A stretch of 58,410 nucleotides of DNA from an uncultured Dehalococcoidales bacterium. Lineage in GTDB: Bacteria > Chloroflexota > Dehalococcoidia > GIF9 > AB-539-J10. The stretch lies in NCBI GenBank assembly GCA_964435965.1, contig CAYTBB010000003.1, forward strand, positions 1-58,410, in the 5' to 3' direction. Both the position numbers and the translations under genes were made by a program. How positions within the stretch are numbered: the stretch's first letter is position 1; every line of letters begins with the position of its first letter. Under the pieces are notes generated by a model, which had not been told where the DNA came from, did not search any database, and was given only the letters and a program-made list of their open reading frames with translations. Shown in pieces: positions 11,470-20,751 of this stretch.

Positions 11470-12245
11470 TGCACAAGCTCATCGATACTCATGCTCATCT
11501 AGACGAACTACAAAACCTTGATTTAATACTTGGAGAAGCTAAAGAAAATGGCATTAGCGCTATAGTGGCTGTGGGCTCAGGCTATCAATCAAATGTGAAA
11601 ATATTGGAAATTTCTCAACTATATTGCTCTTTCGTCTATCCGGCTTTAGGCTTGCATCCTTGGCAGCTAGCTAGTCTTGGGGCTCCTCAGTTCGATGACA
11701 ATTTACAGTTTATTGAGCAGAATATCGCCACAGCGGTTGCCATCGGCGAGATAGGCTTGGACTATGATAAGAGGGTAGTGAAAGCCACGTCAAAGGAATT
11801 ACAGAGGGACGTTTTGAGGCGTCTTTTAGGTTTAGCTAAAAAATATGCCAAACCAGCGATAATCCATAGTAGATATGCCTGGAGGGATTCATTCCAATTA
11901 GTCCAAGATGCTGGAGTAGATAAAGCTGTTTTCCATTGGTTCACTGGTTTTTCCAGCGTTCTCAGGGATATAATTACCGCTGGCTATTTTGTTTCTGCCA
12001 CGCCAGCCACCGAGTATCATGAGGAGCATAGGAGGGCAGTTAAGGAAACGCCTCTCAATAGGTTACTTTTGGAAACAGATTGCCCGGTTACTTATGGCAG
12101 GAAGGTAAAGTATAAATCTAAACCTGTTGATGTAGTGAGGAGTTTAAAAGCCACAGCTCAGCTTAAAGAAGTTGACGAGGCTAGAATTGCTGAGCTGACA
12201 ACAAGAAATGCCATCAACTTCTTCGCTTTAGATGTAGCATTTTAA
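11469..12245 (+). CDS. tatD: TatD-family metal-dependent nuclease
   Basis: DTHAH, GLHP, GEIGLD, HSR, ETDCP motifs. GTG start. Confidence 0.95.
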   Translation: MHKLIDTHAHLDELQNLDLILGEAKENGISAIVAVGSGYQSNVKILEISQLYCSFVYPALGLHPWQLASLGAPQFDDNLQFIEQNIATAVAIGEIGLDYDKRVVKATSKELQRDVLRRLLGLAKKYAKPAIIHSRYAWRDSFQLVQDAGVDKAVFHWFTGFSSVLRDIITAGYFVSATPATEYHEEHRRAVKETPLNRLLLETDCPVTYGRKVKYKSKPVDVVRSLKATAQLKEVDEARIAELTTRNAINFFALDVAF

Positions 12246-12264
12246 ACTATGGGAGGTCAGGCTG

Positions 12265-12591
12265 ATGATACAGTCAATAATAGGTGAAGATAACTTCCAA
12301 AAGGTTGTTTTGGAGTCGAAATTACCCGTTTTAGTGGATTTTTGGGGAGAGCACTGCCCTCCCTGTATACCCCTTGGTTCCATTTTGGAGGAATTAGCTA
12401 GGGAATATAATGGCAAAGTGAACTTTGCTAAAGTCAATGTGGATGGCAATAGTCCTTTAGCTGCTAAATATGGCATTGCTGCTATTCCCACTATGCTTAT
12501 CTTTAAGGATGGTCAACCTGTTCAGCAAATCATCGGGCTTAAACCAAAGAAAAAACTCGAAAAGATAGTGGACGCTCTCTTAAGGGAGTAA
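12265..12591 (+). CDS. trxA: Thioredoxin (CPPC active site)
   Basis: PVLVDFWGEHCPPC, AIPT cis-Pro loop, FKDG. Confidence 0.9.
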   Translation: MIQSIIGEDNFQKVVLESKLPVLVDFWGEHCPPCIPLGSILEELAREYNGKVNFAKVNVDGNSPLAAKYGIAAIPTMLIFKDGQPVQQIIGLKPKKKLEKIVDALLRE

Positions 12592-12602
12592 ATGAAAGCC
12601 TC

Positions 12603-12638
12603 CCTCTCCCTTGATGGGAGAGGTTTAGGGTGAGGGTG
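12603..12638. repeat. REP-like CCTCTCCC-TTGAT-GGGAGAGG...GGTGAGGGTG element, copy 1
   Basis: Hairpin with near-identical copies at 14528-14563 and, inverted, 55430-55463. It supplies the last codons and stop of cvpA. Confidence 0.85.
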
Positions 12639-13122
12639 CAAAGAAGTCACCAATGAAGTCAAATTCCTCGGGGAGAAGCGCTAATAACAAAGGAAACTGC
12701 TCCATCAAAAGTTTTGCCATTACAGACTGGGAGATAACTCCCCCCATGACTGGTAAATACTTGCTTACAATGGCAAGGACAGCGGCACATAGCATTCCTC
12801 CAATGCCAACTCCAAGGATGAAGCCAAGAAGCCTATCTATCCAGCCAAGCATCACGATGTGAACCAAGCGAGCCACAAACCAGCCGATTACGCTAGCTAC
12901 AATCAAAGTGGTCACCAGGATAATAGCATAGGCAGCTATCCTCGACCAAATAGCTTCACTGGGAGAAAGTATGCTGGCAAGTGGCAGGTAGCAATGCCCT
13001 GCCAGAGCTATACCTCCTATTAACCCGACGATGCTAAATACAGTCTTGATAGCTCCTCGCCATAAGCCCAGCATGCCGAGCAAGAGAGTAACTATTATGA
13101 TAACTATATCCAGCCAGTTCAT
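12625..13122 (-). CDS. cvpA: CvpA (colicin V production) family membrane protein
   Basis: MNWLDIVII...GLWRG...DRLLGFILG. Confidence 0.9.
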   Translation of the reverse strand: MNWLDIVIIIVTLLLGMLGLWRGAIKTVFSIVGLIGGIALAGHCYLPLASILSPSEAIWSRIAAYAIILVTTLIVASVIGWFVARLVHIVMLGWIDRLLGFILGVGIGGMLCAAVLAIVSKYLPVMGGVISQSVMAKLLMEQFPLLLALLPEEFDFIGDFFAPSP

Positions 13123-14459
13123 GCTTCACCACATTCAAACCGATAGTCGCAGTAAGGGCACATCCATGAGGGACATTTTGGAAGCTGAAGTGGGGATGTT
13201 GCTTTTTCCAAAAGCTCAATTCGTTGCCATATCTCCGCTTTAACAGCATTCAAGTTTCTAAAAGTTACATCGTAGACCATTAGCTTGGCATTCTCCCTAG
13301 GAACTTTAGCGTAATAAAGCAATATCCTACCTTGGGGATGGTCTGTTAGGGCGCACTCAAATCCTAGGCGGAGGAAATAATGAGGAAATGTCCAGGGCAG
13401 GCGTTCCCTTTCCACCAGTGAATAGAACTTTGGGTCGCGCAAGATGGTGGGCAAGTTCTGGCAGACTTGGACCAGGTCAGCCAATAATCTATGTTGTACG
13501 GGAATCCTTTCCACTTCGCCTGGAGCACCGTAGCGTAAAGCATCCCGAAGCGCATCAAGAAAGCCCAGCTCGTCCATGGAACGAAGATGTTCCTCTTTTT
13601 CTTGTGGCAACCCTTCGTTAATGGCAATTTCCTGTGGCTTGGCACGTTTAAAGTATGCCTTGCGAGGAAAGACAATGTCGTTGGTTCGCGATAGTTGGGA
13701 TGGTTGTGGCTTGGCAAGCTTATCAAGGAGTTGTTGGCAAGTAGGCTCGTCGGCCTGGATTTGTCCCGCTAATTCGGCAATCTTGTATGACAGCGGCACC
13801 GATGTAGTCCTGCAGTCACATACTTCTGAATAATCACACCCCCTATTAAACCAGGCACAGATAGGCAGACTACTGGGGTCATTTGAGACGAGTGCTTGTA
13901 CCAGCAGGTCTCGCCTCCGCCGCATTTCCTCTCGGATTGCTTCCAGATCGGGAAAAGTAACATAGTAAGCAATAAGCGGGCTCCGGGGTGATTCTGCAGA
14001 ATCGTGGCGCTGGTAAATAATAATTTTCCCCTGAGAGGAGTTGACCATAGCACAGTATATGCCCAGTTGCTCCACATAAGTCGGCCTATATTTGACCAGG
14101 TCTTCCGTGCTTACCAGGGTTGAGGTTGTCTTCACCTCTATAGGTATATTTTCATAGATATCAATTTTGCCTACAATGCCTTCGGCTTCGACAAACTGCT
14201 CCAGATATTCTTCGCTGGAAACAGCAGAACCAAAAATCTTGTGAAACCCGGCGCCAGCCCACATAAGCTGTTGTTTTTCCAGAGGTGGAACGATTTCCGG
14301 GTATTTTCTCTTAAAGTAAGCCTGCTTCAGATTAGTCAGGTCAGTTACTGAGATGTGGTATGGAGGACGGCGCGTTTTTAACTTTTGCATCAGGGCATCC
14401 TTAACCGACCGGTTAGCCTCGATGTGGGACACGTAAGACGCGATGTCAAAATCGCTCAT
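13119..14459 (-). CDS. Tandem Cas4-like PD-(D/E)XK nuclease (active plus degenerate domain)
   Basis: Domain 1: ISVTDL..KQAYF, GxxFH, GKID..IEVKT, QLxxY, four-Cys tail. Domain 2: NDIVFPRKAYF...CPSWMCPYCDYRFEC without the GxID/ExK motif. Confidence 0.8.
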   Translation of the reverse strand: MSDFDIASYVSHIEANRSVKDALMQKLKTRRPPYHISVTDLTNLKQAYFKRKYPEIVPPLEKQQLMWAGAGFHKIFGSAVSSEEYLEQFVEAEGIVGKIDIYENIPIEVKTTSTLVSTEDLVKYRPTYVEQLGIYCAMVNSSQGKIIIYQRHDSAESPRSPLIAYYVTFPDLEAIREEMRRRRDLLVQALVSNDPSSLPICAWFNRGCDYSEVCDCRTTSVPLSYKIAELAGQIQADEPTCQQLLDKLAKPQPSQLSRTNDIVFPRKAYFKRAKPQEIAINEGLPQEKEEHLRSMDELGFLDALRDALRYGAPGEVERIPVQHRLLADLVQVCQNLPTILRDPKFYSLVERERLPWTFPHYFLRLGFECALTDHPQGRILLYYAKVPRENAKLMVYDVTFRNLNAVKAEIWQRIELLEKATSPLQLPKCPSWMCPYCDYRFECGEA

Positions 14460-14505
14460 TTTACTGCTGCTCTATATTATAGAGCTTTGTAACAATAACT
14501 TCACT

Positions 14506-14580
14506 ATGTTAGCTGCGAGCCAAATTTCCTCTCCCTTGATGGGAGAGGATTAAGGTGAGGGTGATTGGTGAAGCAATCTC
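14506..14580. repeat. Nested REP-like elements: CCTCTCCC element (14528-14563) inside a TGCGAGC...GAAGCAATCTC element
   Basis: TGTTAGCTGCGAGCC-[CCTCTCCCTTGATGGGAGAGG..GGTGAGGGTG]-ATTGGTGAAGCAATCTC. Confidence 0.7.
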
Positions 14581-14599
14581 ACGCTTCTTGCTATAATTT

Positions 14600-15685
14600 T
14601 CACTGCCACGCCTTTAGACGTCTGAAAGCCTCAAGCTTCTCTTTATCGCCAATCTTGGCTTTGTCTACCGCCAGGGCCAGAAATTCAATGCTAGCATCGT
14701 AAGTCTTCCTGTCCACAGGGTAGGGGTGACCATCCTTGCCCCCATGGGCAAAGCTATAGCTTGCTGGGTCACGCAGGCTGACAGGGGTATCGTAAACCAA
14801 TTCTGAGATAAGGCTCAAAGCACGGAGTGTTTTTGGTCCTATGCCCTCAAGCCCCAGCAGCGACTCAAAGTTTTGTGGTTGATGCTCATAAGCGATGGTG
14901 AAGAGCTTACTCAGCCTGTCGGGATGAATGTCTTCCAGGCTGATGCAAGGCCGCCGGGGCAGGTTTAAGGTTTTTAGCTTCTTCAATTGAGTTACGATAT
15001 TCCCCGGTTTTTCCTCAGCAGCAATATCAGTGATGACATTTCGCGCTTGCGTGCTCTCTGATGCCACCAAGTTCAGTGCTTCGCCTCTGGCTTGGGAACA
15101 AATAGCTGCCTCTGGCTCACAGACAAAATCAGCAACTTTTTCTCCTAGCCAGTGATACCTCCGCGCATAGCGATTAATCTCATTCATGCCCTGCTGAATA
15201 ACTGCCCAAGAGCCATCTCTGGTAAAGAAGAAAGTATGGTGATAAAGCTGATAGCCATCCTGAAGAGCTGAGTTATCTACCTTGGCTGACATGCGGCTGG
15301 CATAGATTAGAGGCGATGGATTTACCTTTAGCAGATGCCCGTAATTCTCTATCTGCGCCGGGGTTTTTCGGGATGTTTTACCTTTGCCTCCGGCAATGAA
15401 TAAACCCAAATTCTTTTCCAACCCTCGCATCCCCTCTTTCAGAGCACCGCAGACGGTAGTGGTAACGCCGCTGGAGTGCCAGTCGTAGCCCAGAACGCAG
15501 CCAAAGGCTTGAAACCAGAAAGGGTCGGAAAGACGGCAGAGCATCTCCTCAGGACTAAATTCATCAACAATGACAATGGTGATTTCCCGAGCAAGCTGAG
15601 ACATCCGCCCGAACAACCACGGAGGCACCTTGCCATAGTGCAAAGGAAGATTGGCAATTCCAGTCCTCTGTCCCGAGCTAGACAT
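14600..15685 (-). CDS. DUF763-family protein
   Basis: LPLHYGKVPPWLF, DPFWFQAFGCVLGYDWHSSGVTT, SFAHGGKDGHPYPVD, HhH-like GIGPKTLRAL. Confidence 0.92.
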   Translation of the reverse strand: MSSSGQRTGIANLPLHYGKVPPWLFGRMSQLAREITIVIVDEFSPEEMLCRLSDPFWFQAFGCVLGYDWHSSGVTTTVCGALKEGMRGLEKNLGLFIAGGKGKTSRKTPAQIENYGHLLKVNPSPLIYASRMSAKVDNSALQDGYQLYHHTFFFTRDGSWAVIQQGMNEINRYARRYHWLGEKVADFVCEPEAAICSQARGEALNLVASESTQARNVITDIAAEEKPGNIVTQLKKLKTLNLPRRPCISLEDIHPDRLSKLFTIAYEHQPQNFESLLGLEGIGPKTLRALSLISELVYDTPVSLRDPASYSFAHGGKDGHPYPVDRKTYDASIEFLALAVDKAKIGDKEKLEAFRRLKAWQ

Positions 15686-15772
15686 ATCACAAGCTACCTA
15701 TGTCTTTTCAGACTTAAGTATTATAATATGGATGAGGTTAGAAGTTCGAGTGTAAAGGCGTGAGCGAGGGGA

Positions 15773-18700
15773 ATGTTAAAGGCATATCTTAAAAGAATAT
15801 ATGAAGTTGCTCAAACGGGGGATGCTCGAGAGGAAAGCTATTATTCTAGCTTGGAGGAACTTCTCAAAGTTTTTGCCCATTCTATCGACAAAAAGCATAT
15901 CCATATCACCACATTGCCTAAGAAGACCGAAGCAGGCAATCCCGATTTTAGAGTTTGGGATGGGAAGCAAAGCATCGTTGGTTATATTGAGGCAAAAGAG
16001 CCGCTGGTGGAGAATCTTGATTACATCGAGAACAGTGAGCAGGTAAAACGCTATAGACATACATTTCCCAATCTCATCTTAACCAACTTCTTCGAATTTC
16101 GCCTCTATCGGAATGGAAGGCTAATTGACAAGGTTTTGCTAGCTAGACCCTTTATTATTCATGAACTAGGAACAGTTCCTCCCGTAGAAAATAAAGATAA
16201 TTTCCTCAACCTGATGGACAAGTTCCTTTCATTTTCGCTTCCAAAAACTTATGCTGCAGAGTCCTTGGCCATCGAACTAGCAAAAAGGACTAGGTTCTTA
16301 AGAGACCAAGTCATTTTGGTGGAATTGGAAGAAAGGGCACCTTCCATTCTTGGATTCTACCAAGCATTTCACGAATATCTGATTACTGGACTGACGAAGG
16401 AAAGTTTCGCTGATTTGTACTCCCAGACCGTCACCTTCGGGCTTTTCGCTGCCCGCACTCGCTCCAAAAACGCCTTTAATCGAAAATTAGCTTACTACTA
16501 CATTCCTAAGACCATTGGCATCCTACGTGATGTCTTCAGATTTATCTCTCTTGGGGAATTATCTGACCAGATGGAATGCATAGTGGATGATATCTCCGAA
16601 GTTCTGGCAGTAGCTGATGTCAACGAAATTCTAAGCAAGTTTTATCATGAAGGCAAAGGGAAAGACCCGATCTACTATTTCTACGAGACTTTTCTAGCTG
16701 AGTATGATCCTGAAGAAAGAGAAAGGAGGGGTGTTTATTACACTCCCGAACCAGTAGTCTCTTATATTGTTCGTTCCTTGAATATTATTCTCACAGAGCA
16801 CTTCCAAAAAGACATAGGCTTTGCCTCTCAGGGTGTGACTGTTCTCGACCCGGCTGCTGGCACCCTGACCTTCCTTGCTGAGGCAACCAAATTAGCGGTA
16901 GAAGAATTTACTGCCAAATGGGGTGGAGGTGGAAAGGAAAGTTTCCTCAGAGAGCACATTTTGAGGAACTTTTATGCCTTTGAGTTGATGATGGCTCCCT
17001 ATGTTATAGGGCATTTAAAGATGACACTGCTATTGGACAAGTTAGGTTATAGTTTGAAAGAGAATGAGCGCGTCAAGTTCTATCTCACGAATACCTTAGA
17101 AATGGCGGATTCGAAGCAAAGTTCATTTCCGGGGATTTCATCGTTAAGTGGAGAATCGTACACCGCTATGGGTATTAAGAAGAAAATACCCATTCTAGTG
17201 GTTTTAGGAAATCCTCCGTATTCAGGGACACCAGCGAATCCGAGCGAGGAACAAGTAATTATCAAGAAAGGGCAAGGATATGCAGCGGGGTTCAACATTC
17301 AAGCGGACAAACTAAACGGCGGCTACAAACTAGTCCCTCAAATAAAAGAAGCGAAAAGAGACCGTAAAATAAAGCGGAAAACTTGGATTGGTGAGCTAAT
17401 AGAATATTACAAAGTAATAGACGGTCAGTGGCTAGATGAGAGAAACCCAAAGTGGCTTCAGGACGACTATGTTAAGTTCATTCGGTTTGCACAGTGGAAG
17501 ATAGACCAAAACGGTGAGGGCGTTCTTGGATTCATAACGAATCATAGCTATTTGGACAATCCGACTTTTCGAGGAATGCGGCAGTCTTTAATGAACAGCT
17601 TTAACGAAATCTACGTACTGGATTTGCATGGCAATTACTTAAAGAAGGAAAGATGTCCTGATGGCTCCAAGGATCAAAATGTCTTCGACATACGGCAGGG
17701 GGTTGCTATTTCTCTTTTCATCAAGAAGAAAGGTTTAGAGAAGAAAGTTTTTCATTCGGAACGCTGGGGATTGCGAGAGGGTAAATACGAGTGGCTCCTG
17801 GGGAACGACATCAAAACGACAAAGTGGGAGGAGATAAAACCAAAATCTGAATTTTGGCTCTTCATACCTAGGGATGAAGTGCTTTCGGAAGCCTACAACA
17901 GGTACATGAAGGTAACAGAGGTTTTCCCCGTAAATAGCGTAGGAATAGTAACTGCGAGAGACAATCTGACCATAAAGAGGACGCCAGAGGAGGTCTCGGT
18001 TACCATATTGAAGTTTTCAAAAATGGATACTGAGCTAGCACGAGTAGCTTACAATTTGGGCAAAGATGTCAGAGACTGGAAAGTTGAGCTGGCCCAAAAG
18101 GACCTAATAAATAGCGGATTAAGCGAAAGCAGAATAGTACCACTCTTATATAGACCTTTTGACGTGAGGTATACCTACTACACTGGCAGATCTCGTGGTT
18201 TCCATTGTATGCCTCGTCCAGAAGTCATGCGCCACATGATGAAGAAGAATTTGGGGCTATTAGTCAAAAGACAGGGGAAACGTTCACCATATTCATATGC
18301 ATTTTGTTGTAACCTAATTACTGAAAGCTGTGTCTTTGAAAGTGCATTTGCGAATAACACAGTTTGCCCTCTTTACTTTTACCCTGATAAACACGATATG
18401 TTCAGCCAAGAATCTCAAGAAAGAAAACCAAACCTCAATCCCAAGCTGGTTGAATCGTTGACCTATGCTTATGGCAAAGAACCAACGCCGGAGGAAATCT
18501 TTTATTACATATATAGCGTTCTTTATTCTAATATCTATCGAAGTAAATATGCCGAGTTTCTGAAGATCGATTTTCCTAGAGTGCCTTTTACTAAAAACTA
18601 TGAATTATTCACCACAATAGGAAAATATGGCAGCAAGCTCGTTGATTTACATTTAATGAAGTCGGCAGAGCTAAATAATCCTATCACTAAGTTTCAGGGC

Positions 18701-18988
18701 AGCGGTGATTACCGAGTTAAAAAGGTAAGATACGACGAAAAGGGGAAACGGGTTTACATCAATGATAGTCAATACTTCGAGGGGATAGGAAAGGAGACCT
18801 GGGAATACCAAATCGGTGGTTATCAGGTCTTGGATAAGTGGCTTAAGGATAGGAAGGGGCAGAAGTTATCCCTTGAGGATATAAAGCATTACTGCCAGAT
18901 TACCACAGCTTTGAAAAAGACAATGGAAATTCAAGAAGAAATAGACAACTTGTATTTGGATGTTGAAAAGGAAATCATTGAAGGCTAG
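15773..18988 (+). CDS. Fused restriction endonuclease / N6-adenine methyltransferase (Type IIG/IIL-like, type ISP-like specificity domain)
   Basis: PDF...IEAK nuclease motif, GVYYTP, LDPAAGT (motif I), GNPPY (motif IV), YRPFD, DFPRVP, IGGYQVLDKWLKDR. Confidence 0.92.
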   Translation: MLKAYLKRIYEVAQTGDAREESYYSSLEELLKVFAHSIDKKHIHITTLPKKTEAGNPDFRVWDGKQSIVGYIEAKEPLVENLDYIENSEQVKRYRHTFPNLILTNFFEFRLYRNGRLIDKVLLARPFIIHELGTVPPVENKDNFLNLMDKFLSFSLPKTYAAESLAIELAKRTRFLRDQVILVELEERAPSILGFYQAFHEYLITGLTKESFADLYSQTVTFGLFAARTRSKNAFNRKLAYYYIPKTIGILRDVFRFISLGELSDQMECIVDDISEVLAVADVNEILSKFYHEGKGKDPIYYFYETFLAEYDPEERERRGVYYTPEPVVSYIVRSLNIILTEHFQKDIGFASQGVTVLDPAAGTLTFLAEATKLAVEEFTAKWGGGGKESFLREHILRNFYAFELMMAPYVIGHLKMTLLLDKLGYSLKENERVKFYLTNTLEMADSKQSSFPGISSLSGESYTAMGIKKKIPILVVLGNPPYSGTPANPSEEQVIIKKGQGYAAGFNIQADKLNGGYKLVPQIKEAKRDRKIKRKTWIGELIEYYKVIDGQWLDERNPKWLQDDYVKFIRFAQWKIDQNGEGVLGFITNHSYLDNPTFRGMRQSLMNSFNEIYVLDLHGNYLKKERCPDGSKDQNVFDIRQGVAISLFIKKKGLEKKVFHSERWGLREGKYEWLLGNDIKTTKWEEIKPKSEFWLFIPRDEVLSEAYNRYMKVTEVFPVNSVGIVTARDNLTIKRTPEEVSVTILKFSKMDTELARVAYNLGKDVRDWKVELAQKDLINSGLSESRIVPLLYRPFDVRYTYYTGRSRGFHCMPRPEVMRHMMKKNLGLLVKRQGKRSPYSYAFCCNLITESCVFESAFANNTVCPLYFYPDKHDMFSQESQERKPNLNPKLVESLTYAYGKEPTPEEIFYYIYSVLYSNIYRSKYAEFLKIDFPRVPFTKNYELFTTIGKYGSKLVDLHLMKSAELNNPITKFQGSGDYRVKKVRYDEKGKRVYINDSQYFEGIGKETWEYQIGGYQVLDKWLKDRKGQKLSLEDIKHYCQITTALKKTMEIQEEIDNLYLDVEKEIIEG

Positions 18989-19004
18989 TGAAGCTGAACC
19001 AAAT

Positions 19005-19058
19005 TTAGCCTCGTTTTCCGAGAATTTCATACACCTCCCTGGCTAATCTCACCTGTTC
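19005..19058 (-). repeat. Short copy of the PAC2 gene 3' end
   Basis: Encodes EQVRLAREVYEILGKRG*, versus EQVRLAREIYEILEKRD* in the gene ending at 24739. Confidence 0.85.
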
Positions 19059-19168
19059 CGAGGATATTATACAATAGCATTACCCTATAATATATTTATG
19101 GCCTGACTCAATGCCATTAGTTGAATTACATTTTTTTCGTCTTGAATTGAAGTAGAGGGAGATAAAAC

Positions 19169-19642
19169 ATGATAACTCTGAAAGATTCAATAGAGATAAG
19201 CGCAACACCAGAAAAGGTATTTGAGTGGCTTGCCCAGCGTTTCAAAAATAAGGAATCTTATCAAGCCTGGCATCCTGACCATGTAGACATTCGCTGGATT
19301 AAGGGTGAACCTTTACAGGAAGGATCAATCGTCTATGCAGAGGAGTATCTTCACGGGGATCTGCATAAACTTAAATTTCGTATTGCTAAGATAGTGCCAA
19401 ACAGAGAGATTAAGTATAGGTCTTTATTTCCATTGTCAGTTTTAGCTCCAGGGAACACATTTCTTATAGTGCCGAAGGGGGAAAACAGTTGCATTTTCAC
19501 AGCCATGGGTAGTCTTAGACTCCCCGTTTGGCTATTTAAGAAACTACATAAAAAACATGAACACAAAATTGAGGCTACAAAACAACATATGAAAGAGGAG
19601 GGAGAGAATCTTAAAAGAGCATTGGAGAAGGAGAAAGACTAA
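19169..19642 (+). CDS. SRPBCC (START-like) family protein
   Basis: DSIEISATPEKVFEW...WHPDH...GS; C-terminal helix ENLKRALE. Confidence 0.85.
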   Translation: MITLKDSIEISATPEKVFEWLAQRFKNKESYQAWHPDHVDIRWIKGEPLQEGSIVYAEEYLHGDLHKLKFRIAKIVPNREIKYRSLFPLSVLAPGNTFLIVPKGENSCIFTAMGSLRLPVWLFKKLHKKHEHKIEATKQHMKEEGENLKRALEKEKD

Positions 19643-19744
19643 GCTACAAGAAGCATGTGAGGGGCGTTACCATTTATGTTTTTAGAGAATTCAAGTTCAA
19701 CATCTGTGTTTCGCTTGAGACAAATTAAAGAATGCGCGCTTTCA

Positions 19745-19827
19745 GCATATATGCTTCGGACTTCGTCCTTGCCCTTCAGGACATTGTTCTCACGGTCGCA
19801 ACATCGTATATGCCGGAAAAGTTAGGC
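19745..19827 (+). other. Degenerate attC-like integron recombination site
   Basis: GCATATATG...CGTATATGC arms, inner GTCCT/AGGAC hairpin, ends in GTTAGGC (GTTRRRY). Left RYYYAAC is not intact. Confidence 0.5.
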
Positions 19828-19853
19828 GAAATTGGTCGTATAGACTTTGGGAG

Positions 19854-20090
19854 GTGAATAAAATGGGAATATTATTTGGAAAAAGGAAAAAACAAGAGAA
19901 ATCCTCTTCACGGGATGAGATCCGTTTGTGGTTAAGAAATGCGGATGATGCAAACAATGGAGAGCTTCTGGCGGCGCTCTTGATCAAGGAGAATTCGCCA
20001 GATTGGGCTTCGGTAAAGGCTCTCATGGGTGATTACAAGGTTGAACCAGACCCCCAACGCGGCGGCTGTGTTCTCATTTTCACTCGTTGA
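19854..20090 (+). CDS. Small hypothetical protein (cassette-like)
   Basis: GGGAGG RBS shortly after GTTAGGC; 78 aa ORF. Confidence 0.6.
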   Translation: MNKMGILFGKRKKQEKSSSRDEIRLWLRNADDANNGELLAALLIKENSPDWASVKALMGDYKVEPDPQRGGCVLIFTR

Positions 20091-20103
20091 TTGCAGAAAA
20101 AAG

Positions 20104-20586
20104 TCACTGTGCGCCAGGTTCGAGAAGCTCATACACCGCTCTGGCTAATCTCACCTGCTCCTCTTCGTTTAAGCTGAGGCCGCTTTCCAGTCGGTTGATA
20201 TATTCATTGATTTCAGTATTTTGCTCTCTTAGCTGGGCTATTTTCTCATTCTGATTTCCGATATCCGAGTCAAGCTCCCCCAAATCCAGCCCCAGGCTAA
20301 ATCTCCTATCCAGAAAAGAGAGAACGAGCTTCGTTACTGCCGAGTCTTCTCCGGCAGCGAGGTAAAATGGTATCTCGGGCCAAAGGCTTATCCCGGGGAT
20401 GTCTCTCCTTTTGGCTAGCCACAGAAGGTAACTACTTATGGCTGGTGGTCCTTCCCAGGTCATATCCTCTAATCCGTAGCCTTGGAGTGTTTTTTGAAAT
20501 TCTGGCTGATTGTAAACTGCCAATATTCTCCGGGGAGTAGTATGGGCAGTGAGAGAAACTGTCCCACTAACGGTATATAGCTCTTC
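20104..20586 (-). pseudogene. 5'-truncated duplicate of a PAC2-family gene
   Basis: Near-identical to about 24770-25217. Lacks the N-terminal ~110 codons. Confidence 0.9.
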
Positions 20587-20751
20587 GAGGCTTGACAATC
20601 TCTGGATAAGTTGGCAAATTATTGATGCTGTAGTTTCTGAGCAGGAACCAAAAATAGTTAAGGGTTCCAGTTCAATATCAGTACCTGAAAGCTAAGATGC
20701 TGAGGTTTTTGGATGGCTTCTTAACATGGTACCAAGATCCTAGGAGGAATC

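Noticed and set aside
13119-14600. CRISPR-Cas locus around the Cas4-like gene
   Set aside because: No regularly spaced repeat-spacer array and no cas1, cas2 or effector genes anywhere in the window.
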